A stretch of DNA of 64,000 nucleotides from Terriglobia bacterium. Its GTDB lineage: Bacteria > Acidobacteriota > Terriglobia > JAJPHL01 > JAPKYU01. A program made the position numbers and the translations under genes. A model generated the notes under the pieces. The model saw only the letters and a program-made list of their open reading frames with translations, did not search any database and was not told the origin of the DNA. Location of the stretch: contig CBDBKE010000003.1 of the NCBI GenBank assembly GCA_965206645.1, forward strand, positions 736,001 through 800,000, in the 5' to 3' direction. Below are positions 9,555 through 20,717 of the stretch, one piece after another. How positions within the stretch are numbered: position 1 is the stretch's first letter; each line of letters starts with the position of its first letter.

Positions 9555-10829
9555 TCAGGTCCCTTCTGACCAGGAAGCCAAGTAAGCTTCCTGTTCTGGA
9601 GTTAAGCGGTCAATTTCCAAGCCCATGGACTCCAGCTTCAGCTGGGCCACGTTCTTGTCAATCGCCTCGGGCACCGGGTACACCTTGTTCTCCAGTTGCC
9701 CGGTGCTCTTCACCAGGTATTCGATCGACAAGGCCTGGTTGGCAAAGCTCATGTCCATCACTGCTGCCGGATGGCCCTCGGCCGCGGCCAGGTTAATCAG
9801 GCGGCCCTCGGCCAGCAGGTAGATCTTCCGGCCGTCGCGCATGGAATATTCGTCCACAAACTCGCGACCGCGGCGCTTGGCGGAGGCCATCTTTTCCAGC
9901 GCGGGAATGTCAATCTCGACGTTAAAGTGGCCGGAGTTGGCCAGTACCGCTCCGTTCTTCATAAGTTCAAAGTGTTCGCGGCTGATGACGTTCTTATTGC
10001 CGGTCACGGTGACGAAAATGTCGCCAATGCGGGCAGCTTCAGCCATGGACATGACGCGGTAGCCTTCCATGACCGCTTCCAGGGCCCGCGTGGCATCTAC
10101 CTCGGTGACAATAACCTCGGCGCCCAAGCCTCGCGAGCGTGAAGCCAGCCCGCGACCGCACCAGCCGTACCCGCCCACCACTATCTTGAGACCGGCCAGC
10201 AAAAGGTTGGTCGCCCGAAGGATGCCGTCAATGGTGGACTGGCCGGTTCCGTAGCGGTTGTCGAACAGGTGCTTGGTGTGGGCATCGTTCACCGAGACCA
10301 CCGGGTAGGGCAGCACACCTTCGCGGGCCATTGCGCGCAGCCGGATGACTCCGGTGGTGGTTTCCTCGGTCCCCCCGATGGCCTCGGCCAGAGCCTCGCG
10401 GCGCTTCGTCAGACCGGTGGTGATCAGGTCGGCCCCGTCGTCTACGGTGACCTGCGGCCGGTGGTCCAGGGCCGCATCGACATGCGAGTAGTAGGTTTTG
10501 TCGTCCTCACCCTTGATGGCGAATACCGGGATGCTGTAGTCGCGCACCAGCGCGGCCGCCACGTCGTCCTGGGTGCTGAGCGGGTTGGAGGCGCACAAGA
10601 CCACCTGGGCACCGCCGTCCCGCAGGGTAATCGCCAGATTGGCCGTCTCGGTGGTGATGTGGAGGCAGCCGGAAATCCGGATGCCCTGCAAAGGCTGGGC
10701 CTTGATGAACTGCTTGCGGATCAACTGGAGCACGGGCATGGATTGGTTGGCCCAGTCAATGCGCCGTCTGCCCGAGTCGGCCAGGCCAGGATCCTGAATA
10801 TCGCACGTCATCTTGGGAACAGTGGACAT
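9555..10829 (-). CDS. ahcY: Adenosylhomocysteinase
   Basis: [50 protein letters not shown]. Confidence 0.97.
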   Translation of the reverse strand: MSTVPKMTCDIQDPGLADSGRRRIDWANQSMPVLQLIRKQFIKAQPLQGIRISGCLHITTETANLAITLRDGGAQVVLCASNPLSTQDDVAAALVRDYSIPVFAIKGEDDKTYYSHVDAALDHRPQVTVDDGADLITTGLTKRREALAEAIGGTEETTTGVIRLRAMAREGVLPYPVVSVNDAHTKHLFDNRYGTGQSTIDGILRATNLLLAGLKIVVGGYGWCGRGLASRSRGLGAEVIVTEVDATRALEAVMEGYRVMSMAEAARIGDIFVTVTGNKNVISREHFELMKNGAVLANSGHFNVEIDIPALEKMASAKRRGREFVDEYSMRDGRKIYLLAEGRLINLAAAEGHPAAVMDMSFANQALSIEYLVKSTGQLENKVYPVPEAIDKNVAQLKLESMGLEIDRLTPEQEAYLASWSEGT

Positions 10830-10847
10830 GGTAGTCTTCGAGTTTCC

Positions 10848-12023
10848 TCAGTGGGCTTGGGCGGTCGCGGGAACCCCGGCGGCGCTGCGCAAGTCCGCCA
10901 CCTTGTCGGTGCGCTCCCAGGTGAACTCCGGCTCGGTACGGCCGAAGTGCCCGTAGGCCGCGGTCCTCCGGTAAATCGGGCGCCGAAGCTGCAAGTGGTC
11001 AATGATTCGCAGGGGGGTCAGAGAGAAAGTGTCGCGGACCAGTTCGACCAGCCGGTCCTCAGGCATGGCTCCCGTCTCGAACGTGTCCACCATCACCGAG
11101 ACCGGCTCGGCCACTCCAATGGCATACGCCAGCTGAACCTCCGCCCGGCGGGCAAGCTCGGCTGCCACCAAATTCTTGGCAATGTATCGGGCCATATAGG
11201 CGGCGGACCGATCCACCTTGGAGGGGTCCTTGCCGGAAAACGCCCCGCCGCCGTGGCGGCCAACACCTCCATAGGTATCGACGATGATCTTTCGTCCGGT
11301 CAAGCCGGTGTCGCCGTGCGGGCCGCCGCACACGAAGCGCCCGGTCGGGTTGACGTGGAACTTGATTCTCTGGTCGCTCAAGTGGGAGGGCAGAACCGGC
11401 TTGATGACCTGTTCCATAACGTCCCGGCGGAGTTGTTCCATCCGAACCTGTTCGGCGTGCTGCGCCGAGATCACGACCGTATCCACCCGCACCGGCTGGT
11501 CCCCTTCATACTCGACTGTTACCTGTGACTTGCCATCCGGGCGCAGGTACTCCAGGAGGCCTTCCTTACGGCACTGGGTCAGACGACGGGTGAGCTTGTG
11601 CGCCAGCAATATGGGCAGCGGCATCAACTCCTCGCTCTCGTCCGAGGCGTAGCCAATCATCATCCCCTGGTCGCCCGCTCCCCCTGGATCCACGCCCATG
11701 GCAATGTCGGGAGACTGCTCGTGGATGGCGGTTAGCACGGAGCAGCTTTCATAATCCAGCCCGTACCGGGCATCGGTATAGCCCAGCTCCTTGATCGTGT
11801 TGCGAACGACCGTGGGATAGTCCACGACCGCCCTGGTGGTGATTTCCCCTGCAACCAAGGCCAGCCCGGTGGTCAGCAGGCATTCGCAGGCTACCCGTCC
11901 GGTGGGGTCTTTGGTCAGGACCGCATCCAGGACGGCGTCGGAAATCTGGTCGGCGATCTTGTCCGGGTGCCCCTCGGTAACCGACTCGGAAGTAACCAGA
12001 TAGTGAAGACGCGACTTGGCCAA
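10848..12023 (-). CDS. metK: S-adenosylmethionine synthetase
   Basis: [41 protein letters not shown]. Confidence 0.98.
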   Translation of the reverse strand: MAKSRLHYLVTSESVTEGHPDKIADQISDAVLDAVLTKDPTGRVACECLLTTGLALVAGEITTRAVVDYPTVVRNTIKELGYTDARYGLDYESCSVLTAIHEQSPDIAMGVDPGGAGDQGMMIGYASDESEELMPLPILLAHKLTRRLTQCRKEGLLEYLRPDGKSQVTVEYEGDQPVRVDTVVISAQHAEQVRMEQLRRDVMEQVIKPVLPSHLSDQRIKFHVNPTGRFVCGGPHGDTGLTGRKIIVDTYGGVGRHGGGAFSGKDPSKVDRSAAYMARYIAKNLVAAELARRAEVQLAYAIGVAEPVSVMVDTFETGAMPEDRLVELVRDTFSLTPLRIIDHLQLRRPIYRRTAAYGHFGRTEPEFTWERTDKVADLRSAAGVPATAQAH

Positions 12024-12094
12024 TGAAGATGCCTCCTTCGCTCAACCTTACATTCTAAACCAGCAGGGGAGAATCACGATAGACACCCAGCCTT

Positions 12095-12312
12095 GCCGGT
12101 GGCCAGGCGCCGGTGGCCAGGCAAGGCGTCAACCTAGCAGAGCTTTCGCGGAACTGTCAAACAATTTCCCCCGGCGGCTCTCGCGCTCCGTTCCAACTGC
12201 TTGTCATTCTTCACGGAAGGCCGCTTCGGGCTTCACCGAAGGCCGCTTGCGGATGTCCGCAGCCTTGTAATTTGAAAAGCTTACCGAGCGTAGTTTGAAA
12301 AGCTTACCGAGC
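12095..12312. repeat. Three consecutive tandem duplications (14-, 22- and 23-bp period) in the metK divergent intergenic region
   Basis: gccggtggccaggc x2 (~12095-12122); cttcac(g/c)gaaggccgctt x2 (12209-12252); tttgaaaagcttaccgagc x2 (12271-12312). Confidence 0.8.
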
Positions 12313-12440
12313 TGGCGTCGTCATGGAGCAGTCAAGCCGGAGGTCGTCCCAGCAACCTGCCACAAGCAGAACTGCACGCAACTATTAGTGACCTCGGCCC
12401 GTCTAACGTGAGCAGGACAGTTTCAAGGGAGGGCAGCGTC

Positions 12441-12701
12441 ATGGCCACTGCGCTTAAGGCGTTGAAAGAAAAGATGATACGGTCGAAGGTCTATTGCACC
12501 CTCTGCACCCGAACCGTGGAGGCCCAGGTTGGTTTGACCACCAGCGTAGTGGGCAGGCGTCGTCTTGTTGCGTCTCCCGGGCAGAAGTGCCCGCGGTGTG
12601 AGGCTCCGCTGGATGCGGCGTTCGTCCTCAATAAACTCCCATTCGTTGCAGCAGTCTGGTCCTCCCAACCCACCTTAGCCAGCAGTTCGCCGCGCCCGTA
12701 G
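12441..12701 (+). CDS. Small zinc-ribbon protein
   Basis: CTLC and CPRC pairs; GGAGGG RBS before the ATG. Confidence 0.65.
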   Translation: MATALKALKEKMIRSKVYCTLCTRTVEAQVGLTTSVVGRRRLVASPGQKCPRCEAPLDAAFVLNKLPFVAAVWSSQPTLASSSPRP

Positions 12702-12813
12702 CGCAGCCTGACCGCTGCAGCCACGGGCCTGGAACCTCCAGGCCCGTGCTGACCTTGCAGGTGCAGGACTACCCGTTCAATCATTTAGAACTTCGACAGT
12801 ACAAATTTCAATT

Positions 12814-13425
12814 TTATTGTTTGTTGCAAGATTCCAAGTGTATTTGTAACTCTTGCCATTCCGGCACATCGCGCAAGGGAACTGCCAGCTCCAGCGGCGC
12901 CTGTACCTCGCGAAAGGCGTGGGGAGCCAGCGTGCCGCGCAGTTCAAACAAGAAGGAGGCCAGCGCCGGGCGATCGTGGCTGCCAGCCTGCCGCAGGTCC
13001 ACCCGACAGGAAAGATTCTCCAGTACCTCTCTGCTATGGTTGGTGACCAGGGCCATGACGCGGGCGCGCGCGGCCCGGTCGGTGTAAATCCGCACACCGG
13101 AAACCTCCAGGGTCCCGCGAAGCGGCTCAGCGCGCTCCGGGGGCAATAGCACTAGCTGGGGGGTGGTGGGCGCTGCTGCGGGCGCCGGGCGCGCACGCAA
13201 TGGCCGCAAGAAAGCCAGCACCGGAGGCAGAGCCAGGTAGACGATAACGGCCAACATCGCCAGGATTCCACCCATCACCGCCCAGCGCCGCGGCCCGGTC
13301 ACGCGCACCCGAACACGCCTGCCGCCGGGCAAAGGTTGCTGACTGGGACGCCCGGCGCACTGCGGACATTCCGATACGGATACGTCCAAGACACGACCAC
13401 AGCTGTTGCAAATCCACTGAAACAT
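12814..13425 (-). CDS. Zinc-ribbon + transmembrane helix + extracytoplasmic beta-rich domain protein
   Basis: CNSC..CPQC, hydrophobic segment WAVMGGILAMLAVIVYLALP, Pro/Ala linker. Confidence 0.65.
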   Translation of the reverse strand: MFQWICNSCGRVLDVSVSECPQCAGRPSQQPLPGGRRVRVRVTGPRRWAVMGGILAMLAVIVYLALPPVLAFLRPLRARPAPAAAPTTPQLVLLPPERAEPLRGTLEVSGVRIYTDRAARARVMALVTNHSREVLENLSCRVDLRQAGSHDRPALASFLFELRGTLAPHAFREVQAPLELAVPLRDVPEWQELQIHLESCNKQ

Positions 13426-13625
13426 GATTGCCTCTTCCGCGACCACGCTGACGCTAGGGCATCCAGCATTTTACCGCCGCTCGCCAGCAAACGCGCCCCT
13501 TTCACCTTGACACCAACTTGATATCGGAGCTATTCTGCAGCTGGCTGATTTGCGCCGCCGACCTCCCTCGGAACGGAGCATTGGGCACCCTTTTCCGGGT
13601 GGCCAGCGGGGCCTGAGGAGGAGCA

Positions 13626-14008
13626 ATGGCCTCGACCCCCTGTATCCTCGCTGTAGTCGGTGAAGCGTCAGATTTCGGCACACCTACAACCCAGTGGGCT
13701 TACGCTGCACCGCGCGGATGGCCTGCTGGACGCCGTCCTGCGTCAGGCTGATTCCCCAGCCAGCGTAATGCTCTGCGATGCCGACGGCTTGGATTGGAAG
13801 GAAGCGGTGAATCTGTTCCGGCGCACGAAAACGCCCGGCGCGGTCGTCCTTTTGACTCGTCTGGCCGACGAGCGCCTTTGGGTGGAGACACTGGACGCCG
13901 GAGCCTTTGACCTGTTTGGAGAAACCCTACCGGCCCGAAGCCCTGTGCTGGGTGGTGTCTACTGCCCTGAAGCGCCGCTCGGCACAAGCTGCCAGCAGCG
14001 CGGCATAA
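13626..14008 (+). pseudogene. Single-domain response-regulator receiver, two frameshifts (or sequencing indels)
   Basis: MASTPCILAVV.. / ..VMLCDAD..VVLLT..GAFDL. Removing one T at ~13916 restores LLEKPYRPEALCWVVSTALKR. Confidence 0.6.
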
Positions 14009-14080
14009 GAGCTCCCTCGGCTTACTCAGGCAACTACGCGGATGCATCCCACTCAGGGGGGATGCTCTGCGCGACTGCCG

Positions 14081-14212
14081 CTACCGCGCCCGCCGCTTGT
14101 TCCTCACCCGGCTGGCGTGCAACTTAGCTTTCTTGCGTTTCGGCTTGGAAATCAGAAAGGTGCCGCTGCCCATGTTCTTCGCTTGCCAGGTCTTTTTGGG
14201 TTCCTGAGCCAT
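14081..14212 (-). CDS. 43-aa Lys/Arg-rich small protein (not in the ORF track)
   Basis: MAQEPKKTWQAKNMGSGTFLISKPKRKKAKLHASRVRNKRRAR*, GAAGAGGA RBS, hairpin GCATCCC..GGGATGC (14044-14065) downstream. Confidence 0.5.
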   Translation of the reverse strand: MAQEPKKTWQAKNMGSGTFLISKPKRKKAKLHASRVRNKRRAR

Positions 14213-14356
14213 TCAATGTCCTCTTCTTCAGGCGAGCTACAGGGCTCGCTTCGGGACTTCAATCTTACACTCTCTCACTCGACGCGTCCAGCGGGCCGCT
14301 CCGGTGACGAGGCCGGTCGTTGGTGCCTGCAATCCTCAATCGAGCACGCAGTAGCC

Positions 14357-15634
14357 TCAATCGGGCACATGGTAGATAGTTAGGCCGGAGAGAAGCTTCG
14401 GGTAGAAGTCGGTGGATTTCTGCGGAAGCACACCTCCACTGAAGGCGATCTCTCGCACTTGTTCAATCCGCACGGGGTTGAGGAAGAAGCAGGCAGCCGC
14501 CCCGTCGGCCACTGCCTTGAGACCCGCTTCAAATTCCCGCACGTACTCCAGGAACTTTTGCTCGCGGACGGCCCGCTCGTCGATCCCCAGGCAGCGGGCC
14601 AAGAGCAGATTGTGCAGCACCACCACGTCCAGGCTGCGCTGGGCGGGAGATGATTCAGCCAGCAAGGCGGCCAGATCGGTTTCCGAGCGCAAGCGGAGCA
14701 GGAAAAAATCGGGGCTGCCCACGCCGGCAAGCGCGAGGCCGAGAGCCTGGCCGGCGCCATACGTAGTCAACCGCCGCCGACCTTCCTCCGGGCTCATCGG
14801 CAGCGACTCAAAGTAACGCCCCACGGATTCCAGCAAAGCGGCTCGGTCCAAGCCCGGCAGGCGCGCCAGCAGGCGGTGGGTGGGCAGGATGGTCAGCCCC
14901 GACGCCTCCATGTTCACCAAGGTCATCATCACCGCCTCGCACCGGCCACCAGGACGGTGTTCGGGCGAGCGCCGGCATTCCTCGCGAAAGGCCAGCGCAG
15001 TCTCGTAGCGGTGGTGGCCATCGGCGATCAGCAGTTTCTTGTCGGCCATGGCCCGCTGGATGGCTTCAATGGCCGCAGGCTCTTCCACGCGCCACACCAT
15101 GTGCTCACCGCCATACTCGTCGCTCAACCTCTGGAGCGGTTCGGCGGCCGTGGCTGCGTCCAGCAGGCGCTCCACTTCTCCGGCCGGGTCGGAATAGAGC
15201 ATAAAAAGCTGGCCGAAGTGAGCGCGGGTGGATCGCAGCAATTCCAGGCGATCCTGCTTGGGACCCGATAGCGTCTGTTCGTGACGGTATACCACGCCGG
15301 CCCGATATTCTTCCAGCCGGCCGGCGGCAATAAACCCCTTGCGAGTGAGCACCTGATCCGAACCGGGCAGATGGTATCTCAAGAAGTAAGGATAAATTGC
15401 AGGGGCCGGATCAGCTCGCAGCGCGCCCTCCGCCAGCCAGCCCTTCAGACGCGCCGCCGCTCCCGCGTAGTCTGTGGTCTTGAGGACGTGCGCCAGGTTG
15501 TAGGGGCTCAGGCGCTGGTAGCGCGACAGCATCGGGGCAGTGATCTTGTCGTAGGGTTGGGTGATGACGCTCTCCAGCGGACCTACCTTTTCTGCTGCGT
15601 AACGCAGAGCCGCGAAGGGGAAGACTTGGGCCAA
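14357..15634 (-). CDS. DUF1015 family protein
   Basis: QPYDKI, HEQTL, IADGHHRYETA, LPQKSTDFYPKLLSGL; TTG start with GGAGGAG RBS. Confidence 0.88.
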   Translation of the reverse strand: MAQVFPFAALRYAAEKVGPLESVITQPYDKITAPMLSRYQRLSPYNLAHVLKTTDYAGAAARLKGWLAEGALRADPAPAIYPYFLRYHLPGSDQVLTRKGFIAAGRLEEYRAGVVYRHEQTLSGPKQDRLELLRSTRAHFGQLFMLYSDPAGEVERLLDAATAAEPLQRLSDEYGGEHMVWRVEEPAAIEAIQRAMADKKLLIADGHHRYETALAFREECRRSPEHRPGGRCEAVMMTLVNMEASGLTILPTHRLLARLPGLDRAALLESVGRYFESLPMSPEEGRRRLTTYGAGQALGLALAGVGSPDFFLLRLRSETDLAALLAESSPAQRSLDVVVLHNLLLARCLGIDERAVREQKFLEYVREFEAGLKAVADGAAACFFLNPVRIEQVREIAFSGGVLPQKSTDFYPKLLSGLTIYHVPD

Positions 15635-15672
15635 GGGTACTCCTCCGTCAGGATGATACAATAGCCCGAGCG

Positions 15673-16380
15673 ATGCAGATTCGCCTGCTGATTTTCGATC
15701 TGGACGGCACGCTGATTGACTCCAAGCTCGACCTGGCGGTGGCGGTCAACGCCACCCGCGCTTCCCTCCACCTGCCGCCCATGGACGAGGGGAAAATCTA
15801 TTCCTACGTCGGCGAAGGCGCGCCCAAGCTGATTCGGCGCGCGATTGGGCCGAAGTTTAGCGAAGAGGAGCTGGTGCGAGCGGTCGAGTTTTTCCTGGCC
15901 TACTACCGAGACCACAAGCTGGATCACACGCGTTTGTATCCCGGCGTGCCCGAATCCCTGGAGGCGCTCAGCGACCGCATTCTGGCGGTGCTCACCAACA
16001 AGCCGGTGCGCATCAGCCGGGAAATTCTGGAAGAGCTGGGAGTTGCCAGCTGCTTCCGCCACGTGTTCGGCGGAAACAGTTTTACTACCAAGAAACCTCA
16101 CCCGGAGGGTGTGTTCACGATCCTTCAAGATACCGGAGTTCCGCCCGAGCAGGCGATGATGGTGGGCGATTCCGGTGTGGACGTGCTCACCGGGCGCAAC
16201 GCAGGCATCCAGACCTGTGGGGTCAGCTACGGCTTCGCGCCGGAAACCTTCGAGCAGCACCCACCTGACTTGATGGTGGACAGCCTCTCTGAGCTGGCAG
16301 CGCTGCTGAACTCAGCCCCATCGCAATCCGGTCCGACCTTGGCTGTTCCACTGATCCAGGACAGCAAGCCCCTTCCTTAG
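15673..16380 (+). CDS. HAD-family hydrolase (phosphoglycolate phosphatase-like)
   Basis: FDLDGTLIDS, LTNKP, KKPHP, MVGDS..D. Confidence 0.88.
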   Translation: MQIRLLIFDLDGTLIDSKLDLAVAVNATRASLHLPPMDEGKIYSYVGEGAPKLIRRAIGPKFSEEELVRAVEFFLAYYRDHKLDHTRLYPGVPESLEALSDRILAVLTNKPVRISREILEELGVASCFRHVFGGNSFTTKKPHPEGVFTILQDTGVPPEQAMMVGDSGVDVLTGRNAGIQTCGVSYGFAPETFEQHPPDLMVDSLSELAALLNSAPSQSGPTLAVPLIQDSKPLP

Positions 16381-16455
16381 AAGTTCCCGTTTCCGGCAAT
16401 TCATCTCCAACACCCGCTCAGCTGTGCGCTACTGGATGTATAACGCGCTTATCGG

Positions 16456-16471
16456 AAACTGACCCACTAGC
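16456..16471 (-). repeat. Lone IS1-like terminal-repeat motif
   Basis: AAACTGACCCACTAGC, identical at 62963-62978 and similar to the ends at 22129 and 25272. Confidence 0.6.
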
Positions 16472-16724
16472 CAGCGCCGACCGAGCGGCTTAGTGGTTGC
16501 CGGTTCGGGAGGTCTTGATTAGCAGCTTTCGGGTCTACGTGCGGCAGTCAGGCCAGAGTTAAGAGCGGTCCCTAAATAGCAGTGCCACTATCTAGATGAC
16601 GGGTGGCGGAATCGCTATCCTGGGTTTCAGATGATCTTCAGTATTCATATGCGCACACTATCGCAGGGGGCCCTAGCTCTTGTTTAGGTCGCTGTAGGCG
16701 ATGGTCCAGGTTGCACACGAGACG

Positions 16725-17138
16725 CTACTCTCCTCGAATTTCCGTGAAGAAATAGAGGGTAAGACCATCCGGCTCAGACACGCAGAAACTCCGGTGGCCC
16801 CAATCCTGGTCTCTTATTTCCTGCTTGATTGCGAGCCCCTTCTCGACTGCGAGCAGATACTCTTCCTCGACGTCGCCCACCTCGATCACCATGAACACAC
16901 CTTGCGGAGGCCTGTCATCCCAGAGGTGAGATGATTCGCCGCACTTCGGCAGCGCCAGCACCTCGATCACCCCAGACGCGGCACCAAAGAGGATCCCTCG
17001 GTCATCGGGATTGCGGTCCCAGGATTCTATGACGGGAAGCTCCAACCCGTCCCGATAGAATGTGACAGTCGCCTCGTACGCGGGGGTGAAGTACGAAAAC
17101 CGGAACTGGCCTTTACTCACAACAATCCTCCGGGCCAA
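16725..17138 (-). CDS. VOC/glyoxalase family protein
   Basis: FYRDGLEL, IEVGDVEE, DWGHRSFCVSEPDG. Confidence 0.8.
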   Translation of the reverse strand: MARRIVVSKGQFRFSYFTPAYEATVTFYRDGLELPVIESWDRNPDDRGILFGAASGVIEVLALPKCGESSHLWDDRPPQGVFMVIEVGDVEEEYLLAVEKGLAIKQEIRDQDWGHRSFCVSEPDGLTLYFFTEIRGE

Positions 17139-17481
17139 TCGAGCCTAAAAACAAGGGGGCGCGCCTTAACATCCATACCCTTAGCTTCATTTTCTCCACA
17201 GGACACAGGCTAGGCAAGGCGTCTTTTCCCAAGGCGACAGGCTGCCCCATCGCCTTTTCCGAGGTCCGCGACTGGCCATGCCACGTCGCCGCTCATCCCT
17301 GACACCCCTCGATGCAAAGCAAAGCGGGGCCAGTTGGCGCAGGAACCTCTACCTGACAAGGCGGGGCCTATCTACTCTCAGCTATTAAAGTGACGCTGCC
17401 TCTAAGGTAGGCACTTGTCCGGTAAGCCGACTACACGGCCTCCAAGAGAGCCGGCCTTAAGTGGGCCGGCCGGTCACGGGA

Positions 17482-17796
17482 CTAGTGCGTGACGCGCCGA
17501 ATGTGGGCCAATTCCCGGTGCTGCTCAGGCGAGATGAGCCCCAGCTCCAGCGCTTCGTCCAGGATGTAGAGGACTTGGGGCGAGGTGGCAGCTGTGTGGG
17601 CGTAGAGGTTCCAATAGCGTTTGGAGCGCATCTGGTGCTGGTGGATCGCTTCGTCCACCGCAAACACAGTCCCCTCGCCCTCGCGCCAGCGCTGGATCGT
17701 CTCCTCCACCGGGGCCAGCGATTCGGCCAGCCTTCGCTCGTGCACCTGCGCAATCACGGCGCGGATGCGCCTCTCCAGGCTTTTGGGAAGCGCCAT
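17482..17796 (-). CDS. Hypothetical protein
   Basis: 104-aa ORF starting 1 nt after the gpmI stop; host-like codon usage. Confidence 0.7.
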   Translation of the reverse strand: MALPKSLERRIRAVIAQVHERRLAESLAPVEETIQRWREGEGTVFAVDEAIHQHQMRSKRYWNLYAHTAATSPQVLYILDEALELGLISPEQHRELAHIRRVTH

Positions 17797-17797
17797 C

Positions 17798-19345
17798 TCA
17801 GGCGGAACCTGGCAACAGGCGCAGGTCGCTGCCGCTCATCTCTTTCGGCTGGGGCAGGCCGAGCATGCTCAGGACCGTGGGAGCGATGTCGCGCAACGAG
17901 CCGTCGGTGCGCAGCTTCCAGGCGGAGGCGCCTTCGGCGGCGATCAGCAGCGGCACCGGGTTGGTGGTATGGAAGGTGTGGGGACCACCGCTGGCTGGGT
18001 CCACCATGACCTCGGCATTGCCGTGGTCGGCGGTGACGATCAGCGCGCCTCCTCTTTGTCGCAACGCGCGATGAACCCGGCCCAAGCAGGCATCCACCGC
18101 TTCGACGGCCCGCGTCGTCGGCTCCAGTTTCCCGGAGTGGCCCACCATGTCGGCGTTGGCAAAATTGACCACCAGCAGGTCAAAGGACCCGGAGGCCACC
18201 GCCTTCTCCACCGCTTCGGCGATTCCCTCCGCGCTCATCTGGGGCATCAGGTCGTAGGTGGCCACCTTGGGGGACGGCACCAGCATGCGCTCCTCCCCGG
18301 CATAAGGTTTCTCGACGCCTCCGTTAAAAAAGTAAGTGACGTGCGCGTATTTTTCCGTCTCGGCCACGCGCAGATTCTTCAAACCCTCAGCGGCCAGGAT
18401 CTGGGCCAGGATCTTGTCGGAGGTTTGGGGCTGGAGCAGGAAGGGCACCTCCAGGGTCTTGTCGTAGCGGGTCATGCCCACGAAAAAGAGGTCGCGGGGC
18501 ACGGTCGAGCGCGGGGGCTGCTCCAGTTCGGGATCGGTGAGGGCGCGCGTCATCTGGCGGGCGCGGTCGGCGCGGTAATTGAAGAAGATGACCGCGTCGC
18601 CCTCGCGGATGCGGGCCAGCGGCTCGCCGCGTTCGTCGGTCAGCACGATCGGTTCGATGAACTCGTCGGTGACGTCGTGCTCGTAGCTGGCCCGGACCGC
18701 GGCCAGCGGGTCGCGGGCGCGGAGGCCTTCGCCCAGCACCATGGCGTTGTAGGCGCGCTCGATGCGCGGCCAGCGCTTGTCGCGATCCATGGCGTAGTAG
18801 CGCCCGTTGACAGTGGCGATCTGCCCAACGCCGTAAGTGCGCATCCGCTGCTGGAGCTGCTCAAGGAACCCGACGCCGCTGTGGGGCGGCGTATCGCGGC
18901 CGTCCATGAAGGCATGGACGAAGGTGCGCTCTACCTTGTTCTCGGCGGCCATGCGCAGCAGCGCATAGAGGTGCGTCAAGTGGGAGTGAACCCCGCCGTC
19001 GCTGACCAGACCCATCAGGTGCAACTGGCGCGGCCGGGCGTGCTCCATGGCCTGGAGCAGCAGCGGCTGATGAAACAACTCGCCGTTCTCAATCATCAGG
19101 TCCAGCCGGGTCACGTCCATGTTGATCACCCGGCCCGCGCCCATGTTGAGGTGGCCCACTTCGCTGTTGCCCATCTGCCCGTCGGGCAGGCCGACGGCCC
19201 GTCCCGAGGTATGGATCAGGGTGTGGGGGAAAGACGAGGCCAGCTCTTCCCAGGTGGGTTTGCGGGCCAGGGCGATCGCGTTGTTCTCCGCCTTGGGGCT
19301 GTGCCCCCACCCATCCAGGATCACTAACACCAGCGGCCGCGGCAT
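17798..19345 (-). CDS. gpmI: 2,3-bisphosphoglycerate-independent phosphoglycerate mutase
   Basis: [43 protein letters not shown]; start set at MPRPL. Confidence 0.97.
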   Translation of the reverse strand: MPRPLVLVILDGWGHSPKAENNAIALARKPTWEELASSFPHTLIHTSGRAVGLPDGQMGNSEVGHLNMGAGRVINMDVTRLDLMIENGELFHQPLLLQAMEHARPRQLHLMGLVSDGGVHSHLTHLYALLRMAAENKVERTFVHAFMDGRDTPPHSGVGFLEQLQQRMRTYGVGQIATVNGRYYAMDRDKRWPRIERAYNAMVLGEGLRARDPLAAVRASYEHDVTDEFIEPIVLTDERGEPLARIREGDAVIFFNYRADRARQMTRALTDPELEQPPRSTVPRDLFFVGMTRYDKTLEVPFLLQPQTSDKILAQILAAEGLKNLRVAETEKYAHVTYFFNGGVEKPYAGEERMLVPSPKVATYDLMPQMSAEGIAEAVEKAVASGSFDLLVVNFANADMVGHSGKLEPTTRAVEAVDACLGRVHRALRQRGGALIVTADHGNAEVMVDPASGGPHTFHTTNPVPLLIAAEGASAWKLRTDGSLRDIAPTVLSMLGLPQPKEMSGSDLRLLPGSA

Positions 19346-19355
19346 TGTTTTCTCG

Positions 19356-20717
<1,362 letters not shown>

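Noticed and set aside
10269-11528. Long antisense ORFs (also 17621-19327, 19575-20714, 20802-21923, 4795-5946)
   Set aside because: Shadow frames of well-supported high-GC genes on the opposite strand.
12024-12300. SAM or SAH riboswitch before metK-ahcY
   Set aside because: SAM-I and SAH consensus elements were not found on the minus strand.
12271-12312. Mini-CRISPR (repeat containing TTGAAA)
   Set aside because: Only two copies separated by 4 nt; it is a tandem duplication.
16436-16460. Second dif-like site (AGTTTCCGATAA-GCGCG-TTATACATCC on the minus strand)
   Set aside because: The spacer is 5 bp and the second arm is poor; kept only as a half-site remark.
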